Shown here: in pieces, positions 7,338-12,753 of the stretch | Layout of the letters: every line of letters begins with the position of its first letter | Numbering within the stretch: position 1 is the stretch's first letter | From: Bdellovibrio sp. | GTDB taxonomy: Bacteria > Bdellovibrionota > Bdellovibrionia > Bdellovibrionales > Bdellovibrionaceae | Length of the DNA stretch: 12,753 nt | Assembly: GCA_046318155.1 (NCBI GenBank) | Contig: JBKCUU010000093.1 | Coordinates: forward strand, 1 to 12,753 | Direction: 5' to 3' | Program-made: the position numbers and the translations under genes | The notes under the pieces: generated by a model | The model's database searches: none | The model's input: only the letters and a program-made list of their open reading frames with translations | Told to the model about the DNA's origin: nothing

Positions 7338-8684
7338 GTGAGCTATCGCGTTTTGATTGCCGATGATTTTGAAGATATGCGCGAACTTCTCGAATTTGTT
7401 TTCGCGGGTGAAATGGGTTTTAGTACCGTCGTGGTCAATTCGGGCTCTGCCGCGATCGAGGCCTTGAAGCGTGACTCCTCCTTTGACCTCATTTTTACAG
7501 ACCTCAATATGCCCAATGGTTCAGGCTTAGATTTGTTTAAAGCCTACCAGCAGATGAATTTGAAATGCCCTTTTATGGTCCTTTCGAGTGATCGACCTGA
7601 ACAACACCCTTCCCTGCGGGGCCCCAATGTCGATTGGATCAGCAAGCCCTTTGAGGTTTCGGAGATCATTAAACGCGTTAGCAATCTCACGAGTGTTCGG
7701 GAACTTCCAACAGATTCTTATGTACCCGTTTCGCTCAATCTCTTAAAACGCATCGAGCAGATTGAGATTCCACTCTTCGTTCGCATCAACAGTGAGAAGT
7801 ACGTCCGACTCACGAGCGGGGCGACCTACTTTAACGCTGAAGAATTCGAAAAGTACCAAAGTCGTGGATTGCTTTATCTTTACATCGAAGCCGGTATGGC
7901 TGATGAATTCATCGCAGACTACCGAAAAAAAGTTTTGTCTCTAGATGCATGGAAAGAAGTTTGTCCGGGCGACCACGAACTGGTTTCGATTAATACCGAC
8001 CTTCTCAAAAATCTGACGGCTCAATTGGGTTGGGACGACAGCGTGGTCGAACTGGCCAAAGACTCGATTCAGAAAGCCCTTCACTTAGCAAAAAATCATC
8101 CAAGCTTAAATTCCGTTTTTCAGCAGTTTCACAAAATTGAGCGGTACGGTTTTGCAGATCACTGCACGATGACGCTTTTGGTGGCCTGCGGCCTGCTCAA
8201 GAACATGAACTACAACGATGACGTCACCATAGCCAAAATGACTTTCGCTTCAGTGCTTCATGACATGAGCATCACAGATCAAGTTTATGATCAAAAGCCC
8301 AAGCTCATTAAAAAGATCTTGGGTGGTGAAAAGAACAGCCGAGAAACTGAATTGGTTTTTGTGCACACGGTGCGTGCTTCTGAAACATGTGCGAAGTGGG
8401 ATTTTTGTCCACCGGAAGTCGATCAGATTATTCTGTATCACCACGAGAGACCGGATGGGCGCGGGTTTCCGTTTGGCAGAACCGCTGCCGACTTGAGCTT
8501 TCTCTGTTCAGTTTATATCTTAGCCGAGGATATTGCGGACTTCTTTATGGGCTCATTTGGCAAAACTAATTTGCAGGTATTCTTGGACTCTCGCCGTGAC
8601 CTTTACGTGAACGGTCACTTCAAGGGGCTCTTCCGCAGCTTCGAGAGCGCTGCTCAACATCGAATCAAGTCAGACGCCGCCTAA
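7338..8684 (+). CDS. Response regulator with N-terminal REC and C-terminal HD-GYP-like domain
   Basis: GGAGG SD at 7326-7330 before GTG. REC motifs IADD, IFTDLNMP (phosphoacceptor D), ISKPF. C-terminal VLHD and HHERPDGRGFP. Confidence 0.88.
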   Translation: MSYRVLIADDFEDMRELLEFVFAGEMGFSTVVVNSGSAAIEALKRDSSFDLIFTDLNMPNGSGLDLFKAYQQMNLKCPFMVLSSDRPEQHPSLRGPNVDWISKPFEVSEIIKRVSNLTSVRELPTDSYVPVSLNLLKRIEQIEIPLFVRINSEKYVRLTSGATYFNAEEFEKYQSRGLLYLYIEAGMADEFIADYRKKVLSLDAWKEVCPGDHELVSINTDLLKNLTAQLGWDDSVVELAKDSIQKALHLAKNHPSLNSVFQQFHKIERYGFADHCTMTLLVACGLLKNMNYNDDVTIAKMTFASVLHDMSITDQVYDQKPKLIKKILGGEKNSRETELVFVHTVRASETCAKWDFCPPEVDQIILYHHERPDGRGFPFGRTAADLSFLCSVYILAEDIADFFMGSFGKTNLQVFLDSRRDLYVNGHFKGLFRSFESAAQHRIKSDAA

Positions 8685-8719
8685 ACGGCGTTCGACACTT
8701 GTCGCCGCCTAAACGGCGT
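8675..8719. repeat. 17-bp direct repeat of a small hairpin at the convergent gene junction
   Basis: CGCCGCCTAAACGGCGT occurs at 8675-8691 and 8703-8719; each copy is a CGCCG-N6-CGGCG hairpin. Confidence 0.85.
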
Positions 8720-8996
8720 CGTAATCAACGACCAGGCGGGTGCAATTTTTTTTGATTCGAGATTGGCACGTCTGAATGAGTTTTTGACCTGAGCTTGGAT
8801 CAACTGTATCTCCGCCAACCACGTCTTCAACTTCACCACTGACGACAACCGCCGTGCACGACGAGCAGATCCCCTCCAGACAGGAGTAAGGCGCCGGAAT
8901 TGAGTTTCTCAGTGCACAATCCAGAATCGTTTCATTTTCGCCAGTCTGCACAACACGTGTCGTTCCGCCGGCTCGAAATTCGATCTCGGATTTCAT
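8709..8996 (-). CDS. 2Fe-2S ferredoxin (plant-type fold)
   Basis: ETILDCAL, PYSCLEGICSSC (Cx4Cx2C) and a distal TC ligand; 95 aa. Confidence 0.92.
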   Translation of the reverse strand: MKSEIEFRAGGTTRVVQTGENETILDCALRNSIPAPYSCLEGICSSCTAVVVSGEVEDVVGGDTVDPSSGQKLIQTCQSRIKKNCTRLVVDYDAV

Positions 8997-9061
8997 TGGC
9001 CTGTTTTCTTATCAAAAAAACAATGTGAGGTCATCTTGGCTCCCTTTTGCGTGAAAGCTCA

Positions 9062-9089
9062 TTGACTGTTTTTTAATCAGTCCTACAGT
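9062..9089 (+). promoter_or_regulatory. Candidate sigma70 promoter for the rSAM operon with an overlapping inverted repeat
   Basis: TTGACT (9062-9067), 16 bp, then TACAGT (9084-9089), in an AT-rich divergent intergenic region. A GACTG-N9-CAGTC palindrome (9064-9082) overlaps it. Confidence 0.35.
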
Positions 9090-9241
9090 ATTTTCAGATT
9101 AAGCCGTTCAAAACGGCTCTTCTTCTATATCCAACCATCAGAACCCGACCTGGAAACTAACTATATGTCATTTAACGCACGAGGTGCAAAACGCACCAGG
9201 CTTTTTTCTTGCAGTTGTCAGGGGGTTGGTAGCTTGGAGCC

Positions 9242-10567
9242 ATGATGACACTTATGAACGAAGCGAGACAAATCGAAGACCTGCACCTGATCCGTCGCCC
9301 CAGTGGCGACGTGGTGGCTTTTCATGCTCGCAACATGCAGGTGGCTCGTCTTTCACATGAATCTTGGATGGCGCTAGATCATGCCGAAACCAAAAGTGAG
9401 GCGCTACAAGCTTTGCTGGATTGGAATTTGAGCGAGAGCCCCGACGTTTTACGCGAAAAGCGCGAAACAGGTGTGCGGGCACTCACGATCAACGTGACGC
9501 AAGTGTGCAACTTGCATTGCAAGTACTGCGCAGCTGGCGGCGATGGTTCGTTCGGCGATCCCGTTAAAAAAATCATCGTGGCCGATACGCTTCCGGCCTT
9601 ACAATCATTCATCGCCAAGGTACCCAAAGGTGAGTCCTTCCGCCTGACATTTTTAGGCGGCGAACCTTTGCTGTACCCTGAAGGCATCCAGCTCCTGGCC
9701 GAAGAGGCGCAGCGTTTAGGCGCTGAACACGGAATTCAAGTTGATTTTACCGTTGTGACCAATGGCACTTTGTTTTCTGAGAAAAACATCGAGCTGCTCA
9801 AGCGTTTTAAAATGGACATAACCGTGAGTATCGATGGCCCGGTCTTGGTGAATGACGTTCGTCGCCCCACCAAAGGGGGCCGAGGTGTGACCGAGATGGT
9901 TGTCGAAGGCTTGGGGCGTTTGCTGCCGCAGAAATTGCATCTCGGAACAGTCATGCTTTCGGGCGTTTTTGGAAAGGGCAACTTGGATTTGATGACGGCC
10001 TACCAGTTTTACCGGCAGTTTGATGTCGACTGGTTTGATTTTACCTACGACCACCACGAATCCAGCCCTGAGATTAACCGCGAATTTATGCGCGAAATAG
10101 GCAAAGTCGCGGCTCACGCCTATGAAACCGAAGGTGAAGTGGGGCTCCGCCGCATTCACACTTTTGACCGTCTGATTGTCGCGCTCGACAATCAACAACA
10201 GATCGAAAATTACTGCGGCGCTGGAAAATCATTCTTGATGATGGATGCTCGGCAAAACCTCTACACCTGCCCCTGGGTTGTGAATGAGCCCAAAGAAGTC
10301 GTCGGACATGTTGGAAATATCTGGGAGGACAAGCTCAAAGCTTATGAAGCTCCCCTGATCGAGAAAAACGGCTGCCAGGACTGCTGGTCGCGGTTTCTGT
10401 GCGGCGGCGGATGCATGTACATTCACCGTCAAGCCACGGGCGATAAGCACCGCGTGGATCAAAATTACTGTGATCGAACCCGGTTCTTGATTGAACAAAC
10501 ACTTCTGTACTATGAAAATATGAGGGCGTATGAAAAAGGTGAAGGCAATGGATCAAGCAATGACTGA
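9242..10567 (+). CDS. Radical SAM/SPASM peptide maturase (SCIFF/CteB ranthisynthase-like) with a short RRE-like N-terminus
   Basis: CNLHCKYC (CxxxCxxC), FLGGEPLL, VTNGTL, VSIDG. The SPASM region has 7 Cys: CGAG-...-YTCP, Cx2Cx5Cx3C (CQDCWSRFLCGGGC), then x18-C. The N-terminal pattern of three beta strands then a helix (LHLIRR/VVAFHARN/QVARLSHESWMAL) resembles an RRE. Confidence 0.92.
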   Translation: MMTLMNEARQIEDLHLIRRPSGDVVAFHARNMQVARLSHESWMALDHAETKSEALQALLDWNLSESPDVLREKRETGVRALTINVTQVCNLHCKYCAAGGDGSFGDPVKKIIVADTLPALQSFIAKVPKGESFRLTFLGGEPLLYPEGIQLLAEEAQRLGAEHGIQVDFTVVTNGTLFSEKNIELLKRFKMDITVSIDGPVLVNDVRRPTKGGRGVTEMVVEGLGRLLPQKLHLGTVMLSGVFGKGNLDLMTAYQFYRQFDVDWFDFTYDHHESSPEINREFMREIGKVAAHAYETEGEVGLRRIHTFDRLIVALDNQQQIENYCGAGKSFLMMDARQNLYTCPWVVNEPKEVVGHVGNIWEDKLKAYEAPLIEKNGCQDCWSRFLCGGGCMYIHRQATGDKHRVDQNYCDRTRFLIEQTLLYYENMRAYEKGEGNGSSND

Positions 10568-10697
10568 CGTGACACCAAAAAACACAGAAAAAACGACAGA
10601 AAACAAGACCAAAAAAGCTCACGTCACCCTGGTTAAGCCCATGAAAATCATGGGCCGAGATCCTGGAGTTGGATGCCGCCCTACCGGCGTGCAATGA
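10548..10697 (+). CDS. Unannotated 49-aa peptide, putative RiPP precursor: MDQAMTDVTPKNTEKTTENKTKKAHVTLVKPMKIMGRDPGVGCRPTGVQ
   Basis: Translated by hand. SD-like AAGGTGA (10536-10542) lies 5 nt before ATG 10548. The ORF overlaps the rSAM 3' end by 20 nt, and its TGA (10695-10697) forms an ATGA overlap with the kinase ATG at 10694, exactly filling the intergenic gap. Confidence 0.8.
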   Translation: MDQAMTDVTPKNTEKTTENKTKKAHVTLVKPMKIMGRDPGVGCRPTGVQ

Positions 10698-12580
10698 ACG
10701 AAGAGAGTAAAAAGACCCCATGGGCGACCCTGCTCATGAGGGCCGCCTTCGCACTGGCATTTAGTTTTGTACTGGTTCAGCTCAAACTGGATTTCTTGGA
10801 GTCTTATCTTTTTGACCTTCGATTTCGCCTGAGACCCGTCTCGACAGTCTCCGAAAATGTTGAAATCATTCTCGTCGACCAGAAAACGGTTGAGCACTTT
10901 AAACGCATTCCTGGATTTGAAGATCATATCGCCGTCCTGAAAACTCTATTGGCGCAAAATCCAAAAGCAGTTGTCTACGTCACCCCCCTGATTAAATCGG
11001 GCGAATCAGAAGAAGAAGAGGGCCGCGCACTCGCAGCCCCCCAGGGCACACCCGAAAAAGCCCGCGAACTCAGTGAGCTCCTGGCCAGTTCGGGCCGCGT
11101 TTACCAAATGACCGATCGACTGTTTTTAAAAGGCGAAAGCGGACAAAACAAACTCCCGGCTCCGTTTGAAAAAGTCCCACTTCTCGCGGGTCCTAAAACG
11201 GCGGATCTGAACCTGTTTGCCAAAGATGGCGTCACCCGCCGGGTGCTGATTGATTACCAAGGCGAGCCGCTCGGGCATGCGCAGCTGGCGGCTGAGTTTA
11301 ACCCCGAAATCAAGGATCTCAAAAACCTCAAGGGTCAGTTCGAGGTTTACGAGACCAATCAACTCTTTATCGATTTTCAGCGGGGTGGCTCGTTTCAGAC
11401 GACCAAGTTTGAGGACTTCATTCGCCAGTCGATCGATCCCAAGCGTTTTGAAGGCAAACTGATTTTGATCGGTGATGACCTTGGCAAATCGCTCAAAAGT
11501 TATGTTCGTACGCCATACTCACGCGATCCCTCGGCGATGACCCTCGTCGAAATGCAAGCCAACATGTTCGACACGTTCATTCGTAACTCAGCCCCAAGGC
11601 AGGCGCCTGCTTGGATGGATTTGCTCCTCACTGGATTGATTTCAGTTTTTACCGTGCATGTTGTTCTGACCTTAAGGCCTTTAAGAGGGATGGGCCTCCT
11701 CTTGATCGCCGGCGGCTTACTCACGCTGGTGGGGTATATCAGCTTTTGGCCCTTTAAGATTATGCTCCCTATGGCGCACCCCTATTTGGCGATTTTCCTG
11801 TGTTACTACTTTTTTATTCCCTACCGCTTGATCGTCGAGAATCGCCGCAGCTGGGAGTATCAACAAAAAAACCGCCTGCTGAGCCAAGTGGAAGAACTCA
11901 AAACAAATTTTATCTCGATGATGAGCCACGACTTAAGAACGCCGATCGCGCGCATTCAAGGCATGACCGAAGTGATCTTGAAAGACACGGTCACACTCAG
12001 TAGCGGCCAACGTGAAGCCTTGGACCATATCCGATCCAGTAACGAAGATCTCCTTCGCTTTATCAATTCGATTCTGAACTACGCGCGGATCGAGAGCCAA
12101 GGTGTGGAGCTGCATTGTCAGGATCGAGACATCAACGCCATCTTGGAAGAAGTCGTCAAAAAGCACGAGTTCTTGGCGAAGGTAAAGCACATCCAACTGA
12201 TGACCGAATGCGAGCCGCTGTTTCCGATTCAGGTCGATCCTGATTTGATCCGCCAGGTGTTTTCAAACTTGGTCGAAAACGCGATCAAGTACAGTCCCGA
12301 AAATTCGAAGGTACTGATCACGTCTGAAGAGGTGACTGGAGGCTTCGTGCGCGTGCAAGTTTCGGATCAAGGCGATGGCATCCCGGCCGAAGATCTGCCA
12401 CATATTTTCATGAAATTTTTTCGTAGCCGGGCGGCCAAATCGTCACCCATCAAGGGCTCCGGCCTCGGACTTTACCTAGCCCAATATTTTATCCAGCTGC
12501 ATAAGGGCTCGATATCAGTGGAGTCTTCGCTAGGACAGGGCTCCACTTTCGCGGTGGATCTGCCGCTCCGTCAGACTTAA
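10694..12580 (+). CDS. CHASE2-domain sensor histidine kinase
   Basis: N-terminal TM, CHASE2-like region (LFDLRFRLRP, IILVDQKT, DGVTRR, GKLILIG), then 3 TM helices. HisKA H-box SHDLRTP; HATPase NLVENAIKY, DQGDG, GSGLGL. The start is placed at 10694 (ATGA overlap); 10673 is an alternative. Confidence 0.92.
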   Translation: MNEESKKTPWATLLMRAAFALAFSFVLVQLKLDFLESYLFDLRFRLRPVSTVSENVEIILVDQKTVEHFKRIPGFEDHIAVLKTLLAQNPKAVVYVTPLIKSGESEEEEGRALAAPQGTPEKARELSELLASSGRVYQMTDRLFLKGESGQNKLPAPFEKVPLLAGPKTADLNLFAKDGVTRRVLIDYQGEPLGHAQLAAEFNPEIKDLKNLKGQFEVYETNQLFIDFQRGGSFQTTKFEDFIRQSIDPKRFEGKLILIGDDLGKSLKSYVRTPYSRDPSAMTLVEMQANMFDTFIRNSAPRQAPAWMDLLLTGLISVFTVHVVLTLRPLRGMGLLLIAGGLLTLVGYISFWPFKIMLPMAHPYLAIFLCYYFFIPYRLIVENRRSWEYQQKNRLLSQVEELKTNFISMMSHDLRTPIARIQGMTEVILKDTVTLSSGQREALDHIRSSNEDLLRFINSILNYARIESQGVELHCQDRDINAILEEVVKKHEFLAKVKHIQLMTECEPLFPIQVDPDLIRQVFSNLVENAIKYSPENSKVLITSEEVTGGFVRVQVSDQGDGIPAEDLPHIFMKFFRSRAAKSSPIKGSGLGLYLAQYFIQLHKGSISVESSLGQGSTFAVDLPLRQT

Positions 12581-12701
12581 TCCGTCAGATTTGAGCCCTC
12601 AGCTTTCTCCCGACAACCTTAACCGGCTTGAGAATTCATGAAAGATATGAGAGACATGACGCGGGGTATTACTGTTTTACGTCTGCCTGGGTGGAGGTTC
12701 C

Positions 12702-12753
12702 ATGATTCGTATTCTTGTTGCTGATGACGATCAAGGTCTGCGGCTGTCGGTCA
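12702..12753 (+). CDS. N-terminus of a response regulator (REC domain), 3' truncated
   Basis: GGAGG at 12693-12697, then ATG 12702: MIRILVADDDQGLRLSV..., the classic first strand and acidic pocket of a receiver domain. Confidence 0.85.
   Translation, partial: MIRILVADDDQGLRLSV

Noticed and set aside
9066..9080. LexA/SOS box-like CTG...CAG
   Set aside because: The spacing is 9 nt rather than the 10 nt of the E. coli-type box, and that box is not expected in this lineage.
10548..10697. AgrD-type thiolactone autoinducer or SCIFF assignment for the peptide
   Set aside because: No AgrB is visible, there is no amphipathic leader or acidic tail, and it has only one Cys rather than six.
10335..10927. 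Minus-strand ORFs 10335..10721 and 10619..10927 across the rSAM-kinase gap
   Set aside because: They are antisense to well-supported genes; the plus-strand 49-aa ORF explains the gap better (SD and coupling overlaps).
1199..12196. Remaining short alternate-frame and antisense ORFs nested in the main genes
   Set aside because: No recognisable motifs, and they largely or fully overlap confidently assigned CDSs.

Overview
A bacterial chromosomal window of roughly 50% GC; the gene content and order suggest Bdellovibrionota (inference). From left to right: (1) the 3' part of a Q/G/P/N-rich low-complexity gene. (2) A pocket of about 470 bp between two convergent terminators, holding two long hairpin elements that share a 62-bp core but have different perfect 38-bp arms. 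(3) A minus-strand run of DUF507, DUF507, an orphan GroES with a Lys/Ala-rich N-terminal tail, and an outer-membrane beta-barrel. (4) PBP1B, an MBL-fold hydrolase, a REC/HD-GYP-like protein and a 2Fe-2S ferredoxin. (5) A tightly overlapping plus-strand unit: an RRE-type radical SAM/SPASM enzyme, an unannotated 49-aa single-Cys peptide (10548-10697, missing from the ORF track), a CHASE2 histidine kinase, and the start of a response regulator. The best candidates for new biology are the rSAM-peptide-kinase cassette (a possible RiPP signalling system) and the conserved-core/variable-arm hairpin repeats.
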